NCBI GenBank assembly: GCA_019058315.1
Contig: JAHPZH010000002.1
Location: 1-64,000 of the forward strand
Source of the DNA: Candidatus Helarchaeota archaeon
GTDB taxonomy: Archaea > Asgardarchaeota > Lokiarchaeia > Helarchaeales > RDOG01
Direction of reading: 5' to 3'
Length of the DNA: 64,000 bases
A program made the position numbers and the translations under genes. This document shows, one piece after another, positions 41,377-51,241 of this stretch. The first letter of the stretch is position 1. Each line of letters begins with the position of its first letter. The notes under the pieces are model-generated. The model worked only from the letters and a program-made list of their open reading frames with translations, had not been told where the DNA came from and ran no database searches.

Positions 41377-41643
41377 ATGAGTGAAGATAAACCACGATTT
41401 TTTGTTATCAAAACAGTAAAGGGTAGAGAAAATGCAGTTTTGGATAACATAATGGAAAGCAGATTGAGAGATAGCATAATTGCGGTCTTAATTCCAGCGA
41501 CGTTACATGGATATATTTTTATTGAAACTGAAGATCCCGCTACTATCGTATCAGAATTTCCAAAATTCTCTATTAAGACTCGTCTTATTTCTCAAGTGCA
41601 ATTTAAGGATATAGAAGAGTTCATAATAAAATATAATTTTTAA
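41377..41643 (+). CDS. Stand-alone Spt5/NusG NGN domain (no KOW)
   Basis: FFVIKTVKGRENAV...IIAVLIPATLHGYIFIE...DIEEFI; GATGGTGA SD-like motif upstream. Confidence 0.8.
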   Translation: MSEDKPRFFVIKTVKGRENAVLDNIMESRLRDSIIAVLIPATLHGYIFIETEDPATIVSEFPKFSIKTRLISQVQFKDIEEFIIKYNF

Positions 41644-42405
41644 TTAATGAAAAACTACTCCACCATCTATGTTAATTATTTGTCCTGTCATATAATTGGA
41701 ATCTTCAGAAACCAAAAAAGAAACCAAACCTGTAATATCTTCAGCGGTTCCTATTCTTTTTAATAATATCTTTTTATTTGATATATCTAGAAATTCCTTA
41801 ATTAAGTTAGGATCATTTTTATAAATTCCTGTCACATGAAAGCCAGGACAAACAGCGTTGACAGTAATTCTTGGGGCTAATTCTTTAGCCAATACTTTTG
41901 TTAAAGCGATTACTGCTGCTTTACTACAACTATACATCCCAATTAGAGGAGTTGGGTCTTTGCCAGCAATTGAAGCGATATTAATTATTTTTCCTCTTAT
42001 TGGTTTTAGTTCTCTTTGTGTTTTCATTTTTTTTGCTGCATATTTTGTAACTAACCAAGGACCCTTAAAATTTACATTCATAATTCTTTCCATTACTGCA
42101 TCGGGTAGATCAATTATATTTGTTGGATCTCCGCCTATTCCCGCGTTATTAATTAAAACATGAAGTAGCTTGAATTTGTAAAAAGTATCTGATATCATTG
42201 ATTGAACAAATTTAGAGTCTGAAATATCTCCTACTTGTAATAATGTTTCGATATTATATGAATTCAGCAAATTATTGGTTTCTTTTAAGCCTTCGCTATT
42301 AAGATCATTTAATATTAAATTATTACCTTCTTTAGCCAGCCTTATTGCCATTGCTCTTCCAAAACCAGAACCCGCACCGGTTATTAAAATATTTTTTGAA
42401 TTCAA
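41644..42405 (-). CDS. SDR family oxidoreductase (FabG-like)
   Basis: TGAGSGFG, NNAG, YSCSK, NAVCPG. Confidence 0.95.
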   Translation of the reverse strand: MNSKNILITGAGSGFGRAMAIRLAKEGNNLILNDLNSEGLKETNNLLNSYNIETLLQVGDISDSKFVQSMISDTFYKFKLLHVLINNAGIGGDPTNIIDLPDAVMERIMNVNFKGPWLVTKYAAKKMKTQRELKPIRGKIINIASIAGKDPTPLIGMYSCSKAAVIALTKVLAKELAPRITVNAVCPGFHVTGIYKNDPNLIKEFLDISNKKILLKRIGTAEDITGLVSFLVSEDSNYMTGQIINIDGGVVFH

Positions 42406-42511
42406 TTTATAATTTCACCATTATTATTATTGATTAATTATTTACAACTACCAATTTCTTAAATTTATTTTAAATATGAAATCTATCCATTAGAAAATTG
42501 AGGTAAAAAGA

Positions 42512-42904
42512 ATGGTTAAATATTTGACAAAGGAGTGGTTAGAAGCTGGTATGAATGCTATTAACGCAGATCCAGAAATTAGGGAGGCAGCTAAAAATCT
42601 AACAGCAATTTTTCAACATGTAGTAACAGATGTTCCTAATAGTAATGAAAATATTTATTTTACTTCTGGATATAAAGACGGGATAGTTACAGAAATGAAA
42701 ATGGAAAATGTTAAAAATCCTACTTATAAATTAACAGCAAAATATGAAGATTGGAAACAATTCCATTCAGGAAAATTGAATTTTTTAGATTTTGTATTGA
42801 AAGGAAAACTTAAAGTAGAAGGTAAATTTCCGCAAGATATCAATATCCCAAAATTAATTGAAAAATTGAGTCAAATCATAGCAAATATTCCAACAGAATT
42901 TTAA
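42512..42904 (+). CDS. SCP2 sterol/lipid-binding domain protein
   Basis: YLTKEWL, G.LN...GKLKVEG. Confidence 0.85.
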   Translation: MVKYLTKEWLEAGMNAINADPEIREAAKNLTAIFQHVVTDVPNSNENIYFTSGYKDGIVTEMKMENVKNPTYKLTAKYEDWKQFHSGKLNFLDFVLKGKLKVEGKFPQDINIPKLIEKLSQIIANIPTEF

Positions 42905-42929
42905 ATTTAAAATATTAATTTTTTAAGAT

Positions 42930-44219
42930 TTACTTAAGAATATAAAGATTTTCAGAATCATCCGAACAAATTATGGTTTTTTTAGGACCGATTATACAAT
43001 AATTTATTCGAGAAGGAAGTTCGAATGAATGAATTAAATCACAAGTAGGTGATAATATAAGAATTCCATTCATTCCTCCTCCACATAGATTTCCTACTTT
43101 GTCTATCGCTAGATCTGTTGTTAATCTTAATGGTGTTCTATACTTCATCTTATTTTTAAGGTCTAAATCACTAAAAATTATATATATGCTTCCGGTATCT
43201 ATTGGAGGAGGGTATGTATTTGGTTTTGTGCTTGAAACGCTAGAAAAACCATCTAATCGACAATAGAAAATCTTTGATTCTGTATTGTAGCTTGGATAAC
43301 CTGCAAAATTGAAAAAAGAAATTTTTCTTGATTCAATTTCTTTTCCCAAAATTTTATAATATGAGTCCTCAAGTTCCTCAAAATAATTTAATGTCCACTT
43401 AGGAATTTTGTTACCTTCTTTTATTGGTAAAATTTGGCTACAAAATGTAGCTAGTACCAATTTCTTATCGGTGATTATTGGAAAATATGGTCTCCAAAGG
43501 GAAAGCTGACTTGATTTAAATGTCCATATTTTTTTCCCATCAGGATTTACACAATAACAGTTGTAATGGTGTTCAGGTTCTGGTCCTTCTTCAGGATCCC
43601 AAATATAGGTACTAAAAAACCTAAATGCTAAGAAAATTGACTCATCATGGCTTAAAATAGGGGCAGAAAAGCCTGCACCTAATCCATGAGCTCCAATATT
43701 GAAAGGTTTCATTAAAGCTATATCAAAAACTCTTTCTCCTTTAGCAGTATATGCATACAAACCAGCCCAATCAAAACTATGAGCTGCAAAATAAATAATA
43801 CCTTTGGAATTTATTGTTACGCTTGTAGGAACTCCATCTATAAAATCTTCCCATAAAATCTCACCATTAGAACTATAATGTTGAACTTTAGCGAGGGAGG
43901 TAAGGTAAAATGTACCATCAGAAAGAAAGATTGGACATTGAGGATGCTTGGGAACCTCCAATTCCTCAATAATTTTTCCATTTAAATCAATAATAAAAAG
44001 TTTATTCTCTTCATTGATAACATAAGTATTTTGATTAGAACCAATTACTGGTTCTTGAATAATTTTTCCGATTGAGACCCTAATGACATCTGAAATAGTT
44101 TTTGGTATTTCTCCAGATATGCTATGTCCAGAATTTTGTAAATTAGCACGAAATTTTGGCCATGTCGAATCTAATAATTGATAAATTTTTGAATTTTTAT
44201 CTTTACTTAACATTTTCAT
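42930..44219 (-). CDS. PQQ-like beta-propeller repeat protein
   Basis: TWPKFR, repeated P.I..DG.IY and YCVNPDGKKIW units. Confidence 0.75.
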   Translation of the reverse strand: MKMLSKDKNSKIYQLLDSTWPKFRANLQNSGHSISGEIPKTISDVIRVSIGKIIQEPVIGSNQNTYVINEENKLFIIDLNGKIIEELEVPKHPQCPIFLSDGTFYLTSLAKVQHYSSNGEILWEDFIDGVPTSVTINSKGIIYFAAHSFDWAGLYAYTAKGERVFDIALMKPFNIGAHGLGAGFSAPILSHDESIFLAFRFFSTYIWDPEEGPEPEHHYNCYCVNPDGKKIWTFKSSQLSLWRPYFPIITDKKLVLATFCSQILPIKEGNKIPKWTLNYFEELEDSYYKILGKEIESRKISFFNFAGYPSYNTESKIFYCRLDGFSSVSSTKPNTYPPPIDTGSIYIIFSDLDLKNKMKYRTPLRLTTDLAIDKVGNLCGGGMNGILILSPTCDLIHSFELPSRINYCIIGPKKTIICSDDSENLYILK

Positions 44220-44375
44220 TTCTTCTTTAAATTAATTAATTAAATCCGACTATAATCTCTATTAAGAAATTAAATGAATAATTTCTATAAATATATAAAC
44301 TTTTATAAGTAATGCTAAAAAGAAATAATACTAACCTATGTAATTGGGAAAATTATAAAAAAAAGAGTTGATTTT

Positions 44376-44489
44376 ATGGCAAAATGTTCATATTGCGGTC
44401 ACACCCAGTGCGACAGATGCAGAAGTGAAACTAGCTCATCGAAACCCGGCTATTGTTGCCAATGCCACAGAACAAATGTGATGAAATAA
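44376..44489 (+). CDS. 37-aa Cys-rich microprotein (not in the ORF track)
   Basis: MAKCSYCGHTQCDRCRSETSSSKPGYCCQCHRTNVMK*; GC-richer than flanks. Confidence 0.7.
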   Translation: MAKCSYCGHTQCDRCRSETSSSKPGYCCQCHRTNVMK

Positions 44490-44539
44490 ACTAGAATTAT
44501 TCATCTAATTTACTTTTTTTTATAATAAGGAAAAAAGGA

Positions 44540-47143
44540 TTACATTGTTTTAGCTTGCTCGATCCAATTTACTACTTCTTCTGAGCTGGGTATTCGCCTC
44601 AAATCATTTTGAATCGCATTATATGTTTCAATTTTATCAATTAATTTTATGGGTTCTTCATCATATTTTTTAAGAGAATTCAAGTCTTCACCAATTTCGA
44701 CTAATAATTCACTATATTGCCTTCCAATACCTTCAATCTGGTATAATTCCGCCATTTTTCGCCATCGTGGTAAATTTTCCTTCAGATATCTTGTTTCTTT
44801 TTCGTTGAATTCTGTTAGTTCGATTCTTTTTAGAATATCCTCAGTATTTGATTTGATTAAGTCTTTTAATTTAATGATTCCAATTCTTGCTAAATATAGT
44901 GCTATTTTTTGGTTTAGCCCTTCTAGGTCAGTTACACTAACAACATTAGTCTTATCAAGCCCTTTCTCATACTCTACAACACGAGTTATACGTTGTAGTG
45001 CTAATGGCTTAATAACAGTCGAAGAACACCAATCAACTGAAGTAGTCCCATCTTCTGGAGTAGGCACATGGCAATTTTGTCTTTTTAGAGAAAGCGGTTG
45101 TCCTCCACCTTCAACGGCTTCTTCGTCAGATTCTTCTGCAAGGGCATCATCTAATATATCTTCCTTTAGATTCTTTTTAAATTTGGATGTGTCTTCAAAA
45201 AGGAACATGTATTGCAATTTCTCTTCTTTGGTAATCATTTTTTCACACAAAGGACATATTATATCTGACATTTCTTCAATGATTCTTCTGTTTCTTTCAC
45301 TTGATGCTTCTTCACTTAAATCCTCAATTAGATCCCTTAATTTAGGAATATTTGATGGCATTTTTGTTCGAGTTCCACATTTAACACAAAAGAATGGTTT
45401 TGAGTCCCCTATCCATGAAAATAATTCATATATGACTTTCGGAAGTGGATGATAGATAATTCCAACATGATGAGAAAAGAAAGCTACAAGTTGTTTCCAA
45501 TTAATCATATCCACTCCAATTGGTGTAAATCTAACTTTGACAGTTCCCTTTACCTCTCTTGTATCCAACCAAAACTCTTTCCAGTGAACATCAGTAGCTA
45601 TAAGAGGAATCATTTGAACATCCTTATATGGATTACGCAAATCAATAAGTAAATCTATTCTCTCAAAATCAGGCATTTCGTGCCTCAAACGAAATCTCTT
45701 CTCATTCATTCTTTGGTCTATCCACCATAAGTAAATCCTTAAAACTACAAATTCATCACTATAGAATCGAAATAGTTCTACAGTAGTCATTATTAGAGGA
45801 TCATGGAAAACAGTAGGTGTTAAACGACCCCGTAGTGTAGCAATTTCTTTTAATTTATCACCAAATTTATAAAAAACTCGCGTAAAACCCAGAGGAGTGG
45901 TTCTGACAACCAAGTTTGAAATCTTTTCTGGATTTTTAACTTTCTGATATTTAATCTTTTGAGGAGGCCACCATCTTGGATAATATTCTGGAATCATATT
46001 ACCTTTAAACGTGATTTTCCTGAATTTTTCTTTACGAACAATCTTCTTTTTATATTCGTATTTATAAATAGCATGAACTGGACAGAGAGGATCTTTATAA
46101 TCAGGGATTTCTTTTTCAGTTTTTGGTCGAATAACTTCGGGATATTTTAATTGAATAGTAATTGAAGAAACTAATGATTGTTCATTTTCAGAAATTTCCT
46201 CAATTGCTTCAAATGTTATTGAAAAATCGAGTTCTTGTTTTAATTTTTTATCATGGTGTCTAAGAAAGAAAAATGCATAAGATTCCGCTGGAGGATTAAA
46301 CATTACGAATCCTTCTGTTTTTCCTCCTCCAAATAATGCAATGAATCCTTTAGTTATATCATGGTCCGCGTTTTCATTGTTTATTCCACAAATATAATTA
46401 CTCCATTCGATATTTTCAGCATAATTTTTAGTGAATATTTTCGGTCTTATAATGAGCTTTTTAACAGGTTGATTTACTAAAATCCGGAGACGTACCGATG
46501 TTATACCTAAAAAAGGAAGATATTCAATATATTTTTCATCATCTTCTGGTTTATGCATTTCCAATAGAAGTTCCACTTTGGGTTTACTTATATCAATTTC
46601 TACTTCCTCTCCTTTATCCCTCCTTTCTTGTATTTTTTGTCTAATTTTCCGGTATAATGTCCCAATCTTTCTCTTTTTTTGTTCGGATTCGAGTTTCTGC
46701 TTAGTTTCTTCAACTATTCTTTCATAATTTTCTCTATAATCTTCTAATTTTTCTTTTACAGATGATTCGTACTTATTGTATTTGTCCTGAAGCTTTTTAA
46801 AAGGATTAATATCAAGTCTGAATTTACGGCTTATTTTTTCGGGAGGTATTTCATAAATAATACTTTTCAGAAATTCTAGATTCTTATGAAGTAACTCTAA
46901 CTCTAGTTTTAAAAGCCGAAAATTTTTCTTTTTCACATATTCTTTTAAAAGTTTTATTCTTTCATCAATAAAATTTTTGGTCTCTTCAAAGAATCCTTCA
47001 TAGATATCCTTTTTGATCATTAAGTTCTTTTCCGATTCCTGATCTTTTAATTGTGAAAATAGATCTAATGCATAAGAATAATATTTTCCATCAATTACAT
47101 CTTTGAGTTCTTCTATTATTGCTTTATCTTGACTTTCAGCCAT
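44540..47143 (-). CDS. Multidomain protein: coiled coil, unknown core, zinc ribbon, C-terminal DUF4332/HhH
   Basis: CVKC..CPLC; LYQIEGIGRQYSELLVEIG...RRIPSSEEVVNWIEQAK. Confidence 0.75.
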   Translation of the reverse strand: MAESQDKAIIEELKDVIDGKYYSYALDLFSQLKDQESEKNLMIKKDIYEGFFEETKNFIDERIKLLKEYVKKKNFRLLKLELELLHKNLEFLKSIIYEIPPEKISRKFRLDINPFKKLQDKYNKYESSVKEKLEDYRENYERIVEETKQKLESEQKKRKIGTLYRKIRQKIQERRDKGEEVEIDISKPKVELLLEMHKPEDDEKYIEYLPFLGITSVRLRILVNQPVKKLIIRPKIFTKNYAENIEWSNYICGINNENADHDITKGFIALFGGGKTEGFVMFNPPAESYAFFFLRHHDKKLKQELDFSITFEAIEEISENEQSLVSSITIQLKYPEVIRPKTEKEIPDYKDPLCPVHAIYKYEYKKKIVRKEKFRKITFKGNMIPEYYPRWWPPQKIKYQKVKNPEKISNLVVRTTPLGFTRVFYKFGDKLKEIATLRGRLTPTVFHDPLIMTTVELFRFYSDEFVVLRIYLWWIDQRMNEKRFRLRHEMPDFERIDLLIDLRNPYKDVQMIPLIATDVHWKEFWLDTREVKGTVKVRFTPIGVDMINWKQLVAFFSHHVGIIYHPLPKVIYELFSWIGDSKPFFCVKCGTRTKMPSNIPKLRDLIEDLSEEASSERNRRIIEEMSDIICPLCEKMITKEEKLQYMFLFEDTSKFKKNLKEDILDDALAEESDEEAVEGGGQPLSLKRQNCHVPTPEDGTTSVDWCSSTVIKPLALQRITRVVEYEKGLDKTNVVSVTDLEGLNQKIALYLARIGIIKLKDLIKSNTEDILKRIELTEFNEKETRYLKENLPRWRKMAELYQIEGIGRQYSELLVEIGEDLNSLKKYDEEPIKLIDKIETYNAIQNDLRRIPSSEEVVNWIEQAKTM

Positions 47144-47235
47144 TTTATTTTACCTCTGAATGATAATTAATAGATGGTAAGTACATTAATTAGTATAGTA
47201 AAATTTAAGGTTAGTCAATTATGATATAATAAAAA

Positions 47236-47814
47236 GTGAATTTTGAAATGGTTAATATGAAAATAAATCAGTATTCAGATAATAAAAAGCAATTATGGGA
47301 ATTAATTAATGATAAAGGGTTGCTAAGGGAAGGTGATTTTACTTTAGCCTCTAAAATAGAAAGTACTTTCTACTTTGACATAAAAAAGGTTTCTATGCTT
47401 AAAATTGGTAAGGAATTAATTGGTAAATGTATAGAAGAAATTATAAAAGATGAGAAATTTGATTCTGTAGGTGGAATGGAATCGGGAGCGATTCCTATCA
47501 TAGATGCTGTAGTTGAACATACAAATATTGAACGAGGTTTCTATGTAAAAAAGGCAGTTAAAAATCATGGTACCCAAAAAGCGATTGAAGGTTTTTTCTT
47601 TCCAAAGGATACAGTCTTAATGGTTGAAGATGTTATAACTTCTGGAAATTCTGTAATTAGAGCTTGTAAAATACTTGAAAATATTAGTAAAAATGCAGGT
47701 AAAATAAAGAAAATTATTGTAATTGTGGATAGATTGCAAGGGGGAAGAGAAAATATAGAAAATGAGGGATATCAACTTATATCAATTTTTAATAAAGATG
47801 ATTTTAAAATTTAA
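47236..47814 (+). CDS. pyrE: Orotate phosphoribosyltransferase
   Basis: GDFTLAS, K.HGT..IEG, VEDVITSG, VDR. Confidence 0.93.
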   Translation: MNFEMVNMKINQYSDNKKQLWELINDKGLLREGDFTLASKIESTFYFDIKKVSMLKIGKELIGKCIEEIIKDEKFDSVGGMESGAIPIIDAVVEHTNIERGFYVKKAVKNHGTQKAIEGFFFPKDTVLMVEDVITSGNSVIRACKILENISKNAGKIKKIIVIVDRLQGGRENIENEGYQLISIFNKDDFKI

Positions 47815-47889
47815 AGACAATTAATTGTAATAGATTAATTAAACGTAAATAAAAAGAAAGAAAAATAGTAAAAAATAAAAAAAATTGGT

Positions 47890-48228
47890 TTATTTCTTCT
47901 TCTTCTTTGGTTTTTTCTTTGGAACTGGTTTTGGGGCCATGGCTTTTTCTGCTGTTTTTACTAATTTAGTATGGGCAGTTTTGGCTTTTCTGACATCTCC
48001 AGCCTTGATTGTCTTTCGAATTAATTCTCCTTCGTGCTCGCCTTTAGATTTTCGAGGCATAGCTTTAATTATTTCATCTAAAGCTTCCATTATTCGTTCT
48101 TCTAAATAACCGATTATTGGATCTACTGCTGCACCAGCTACATTTAATTTGGTTTCAGCGCCTTCATAAATTCCTTTAAATAGAGGTTTTACACGTGTCC
48201 AGTAAATTAAACTTTTCTTTTCTTCCAT
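47890..48228 (-). CDS. Divergent histone-fold protein with L2 insertion and Lys-rich C-terminal tail
   Basis: SLI..TRVKPL (a1), LNVAGAAVD (L1), long a2, RKTIKAGDV (L2-a3), tail APKPVPKKKPKKKKK. Confidence 0.7.
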   Translation of the reverse strand: MEEKKSLIYWTRVKPLFKGIYEGAETKLNVAGAAVDPIIGYLEERIMEALDEIIKAMPRKSKGEHEGELIRKTIKAGDVRKAKTAHTKLVKTAEKAMAPKPVPKKKPKKKKK

Positions 48229-48600
48229 AAGAATCCCTCAATTTTTATTTAACATACCATTTTTTGAAAATTTTAATTTAAAAATTCCTTATTAAAATGA
48301 TTTATAATTATTCTTAATTTTTAACTAATACCTTATTTAAATTTTTTCAGTTATTACCAATTTTGTCGATTATCTTTAATCAAAAATGAAATTGGATTAA
48401 GAAAAGAAATTAAAATTTAAGGAAAAAAAATTTTAAAAAGTGATAAGATTTTATCATTTTTTTCTCATAGAAATGGGTTATGATAATTTATATGTAAAGA
48501 AGAATTAGAAAATTTAAAAAAAATTAATATTATTAGAAATTTCTTTAAAATGTTCAAAGAATATATTAAAATCAGTAAAATTGTATGTGATTTTAAAAAA

Positions 48601-49740
48601 TTATTTCTTTTTTTTCTTTAAAAGACTTTTTTTCGCTAAATCTATCAGTAATATTATTCTATCTAATCCAATTTTCGTTATTTTTGAGATTTCTTCTTGA
48701 TCTTCTTCACTTGCTAAATCACCGACAGTAAATATATCAATATCTTCTAAGATTTCTAATTCATCTTTTGAAATTTCATTCAATTTCTTAAGAGGGTCAT
48801 CATTGTTTAAAGGTTTGATTATATATTGTATTTCAAAGACTTTTTCATTAATAAATATTAAAAAGAAGGAATACATTCCAGAGAAGATTAAACTAATAAT
48901 AATATATGTTGGTGATTCTGGAGTATACAGTAAATTAATTGCATTTATTAAAACAAAATCAAGAACAAAAGTTACCGTTCCGAATATTGAAAATAAAAGT
49001 ACCCCCATAATTGATGCAAATAATAAGATTATATTTGGATTTCTCAATTTAAATCCCAAATTTATAGTTAGAATCAGTATTATTCCTAAATTTACTAAAA
49101 TTCCAGAAACTATAAAAAAAATGCCTAAAAATATATCTGGAGTGGAAGGACCCCCGAATAGAGCTGTTCTTGAATAAGAAGATTCATAAATTATGAATCC
49201 AAAAAGAAGAGTAATTGTACTGATTATTATAGATAAATTAATTGACATAATTTTCCAAAGTCTATCCCATTCCTCCTTCATTCCCCAAATTAGACTTAAT
49301 GATCCAATAATAATTAAGATTATACTCACAGGAAAAATATCAAGAATTAGAAGGATTAAATTTGGCCCACTATATTTTTCTGGAACATATATTTTAGAAA
49401 TGTAAAGAAAAAATAAAGTAAAACCAAAAATTTGACCCAATATAAATGAAGAATATCTCCAATTATTAGAAATTTTGATTTTTAAGCCATAAATTATCGT
49501 TAAAATGGAGAAAAATAATGATAAATATCCTAATATTAAAAAGTATATATCTACGAAATCAAATAGACTACCAAGAAAAGGAAGTGGGAATTGAAATATT
49601 TGCCAAAATAATAAAATTATAATTTTTAACTCATCTAGAGTCTTAAAAGAACTCAATAATCCAAAAACTGTTAAAATAATACCTATTATTAAAAATCCTA
49701 GGGATATTGTCTTAAATTTATTCCAATAAATTTTTTTAAT
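48601..49740 (-). CDS. Polytopic membrane protein with C-terminal HhH-like domain, probable ATT start
   Basis: About 9 TM; LNEISKDELEILEDIDIFTVGDLA; frame open 28 codons beyond track start 49656; GAGGTGA SD. Confidence 0.65.
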   Translation of the reverse strand: MKKIYWNKFKTISLGFLIIGIILTVFGLLSSFKTLDELKIIILLFWQIFQFPLPFLGSLFDFVDIYFLILGYLSLFFSILTIIYGLKIKISNNWRYSSFILGQIFGFTLFFLYISKIYVPEKYSGPNLILLILDIFPVSIILIIIGSLSLIWGMKEEWDRLWKIMSINLSIIISTITLLFGFIIYESSYSRTALFGGPSTPDIFLGIFFIVSGILVNLGIILILTINLGFKLRNPNIILLFASIMGVLLFSIFGTVTFVLDFVLINAINLLYTPESPTYIIISLIFSGMYSFFLIFINEKVFEIQYIIKPLNNDDPLKKLNEISKDELEILEDIDIFTVGDLASEEDQEEISKITKIGLDRIILLIDLAKKSLLKKKKK

Positions 49741-49757
49741 TCATTTCACCTCAAAAA

Positions 49758-51194
49758 TTATTTTGATTTTTTTAGAAAATTACTGTAGTTAACTAAATCC
49801 ATTAAAACTTTTGCAGCTTCTTGTTCACTTGAATGAACAGAAATTCCTGCATTAAAAAGTTGTTTCATGAATTGGGGAATTTTTTTTGGCTTAATTGGAT
49901 TATGGAGATCTTTTAAAGAACCAAAACCCGCTACTGCACCAGAGCTTACTGCCTGAACTATAGTGATTGGTTTTTTTATTTTATTCTGAATTTTTATAAG
50001 TCCTCGAATTAGTGCTTTATTCAAAGTGCCTACAAATAATAGAATTAAATCGACATTTTCATCTTGTCCAATAATTTCAACTGTTTTATCGTGAAGAGAC
50101 TGATCAAAAGCGATCTGAAGACTCAAATCGATAGGATTTTGAACACTTGTTCCAAATTCGGGTAGAAGTTTTGCAATCTTATTTTTAGTTTCATCAGATA
50201 ATGATGCTAGTTCAAGCCCTGCTTTCTCACAAGCATCGGCTGCAGATACTGCTGGACCACCTGGTCCTGATAAAATTGCTATATTATTACCATTTGGAAG
50301 GTGTGGGTTTATAAATGCAAATATATGACCTAAAAGATCTGGAAAATTTTCGATTTTTATAATTCCCGTTTGTTCATAAATTCCTTTCCAAATATCTTTA
50401 GAACCACATATAGAACCGGTATGAGATTTTGCAGCCCTAGCTCCACCTCTTGTTTCACCTACTTTCCACATCAATATCGGTTTTTTCATCGAGATCTGTT
50501 TAGAAAGATTAAGAAATCGCTCACCATCTTCTATTCCCTCAATATAACTACAAATTATTTTAGTTTCTGGATCATTTCCTAAATATTCTAAGAAATCGTT
50601 AAAATTTAAATCAGCGGCATTTCCATAGCTCACTATTTTACTAAAACCAATACCATTTATAGTTCCAATTAGAGTTAATATGTTTGCAATTGATCCACTT
50701 TGGCTAATAAATCCAACCTCTCCAATTTCTGGAGATAAATTTGGAAAAAATGATAATTTTGTCGATGGACTATATATTCCCATACAATTAGGACCAATAA
50801 TTCGTGTATTTGTATTTTTAATTAATTCTAAAATTTCTTGCTCTAATTTCTTCCCCTCAGAATTTTTTTCTCGAAATCCAGCACTAAAAACAATTATTCC
50901 TTTAACTCCTCTTTCAACACATTCTTTAACTATTTGCGGAACTTTACTTGGATGAAGGGAAATAATTACTAAATCTATAGGTGAAGCTATTTCTTTCATT
51001 GATTTATAAGCTTTCAATCCCAAAATTTCTTCAGAATGAGGATTTATTGGATATAAATCTCCTTCAAATCCAATATCTTTAAAAGCTTGTAATAATAAAT
51101 TCCCTAATTTTCCACTTCTTGCACTTACTCCAAAAAATGCTACAGATTTTGAATGCATAATGGAGTCAATATCGGATACTACTTTACTAGGCAA
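49758..51194 (-). CDS. acdA: ADP-forming acyl-CoA synthetase alpha subunit
   Basis: IIGPNCMG, SQSG, SYGN, AAKSHTG, NPIDL. Confidence 0.88.
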   Translation of the reverse strand: MPSKVVSDIDSIMHSKSVAFFGVSARSGKLGNLLLQAFKDIGFEGDLYPINPHSEEILGLKAYKSMKEIASPIDLVIISLHPSKVPQIVKECVERGVKGIIVFSAGFREKNSEGKKLEQEILELIKNTNTRIIGPNCMGIYSPSTKLSFFPNLSPEIGEVGFISQSGSIANILTLIGTINGIGFSKIVSYGNAADLNFNDFLEYLGNDPETKIICSYIEGIEDGERFLNLSKQISMKKPILMWKVGETRGGARAAKSHTGSICGSKDIWKGIYEQTGIIKIENFPDLLGHIFAFINPHLPNGNNIAILSGPGGPAVSAADACEKAGLELASLSDETKNKIAKLLPEFGTSVQNPIDLSLQIAFDQSLHDKTVEIIGQDENVDLILLFVGTLNKALIRGLIKIQNKIKKPITIVQAVSSGAVAGFGSLKDLHNPIKPKKIPQFMKQLFNAGISVHSSEQEAAKVLMDLVNYSNFLKKSK

Positions 51195-51241
51195 TTAAAT
51201 TTCAACTTCCAAATTGAATAAAAATTAATATTACAACAAAT

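Noticed and set aside
44649-45452. 267-aa plus-strand ORF
   Set aside because: Antisense shadow of 44540..47143 with Ser/Ile/Phe-rich composition. The same applies to the other short nested antisense ORFs in the track.
47885-48109. 74-aa hydrophobic ORF
   Set aside because: Antisense of the Lys-rich histone-like gene; its poly-Phe mirrors the poly-Lys.
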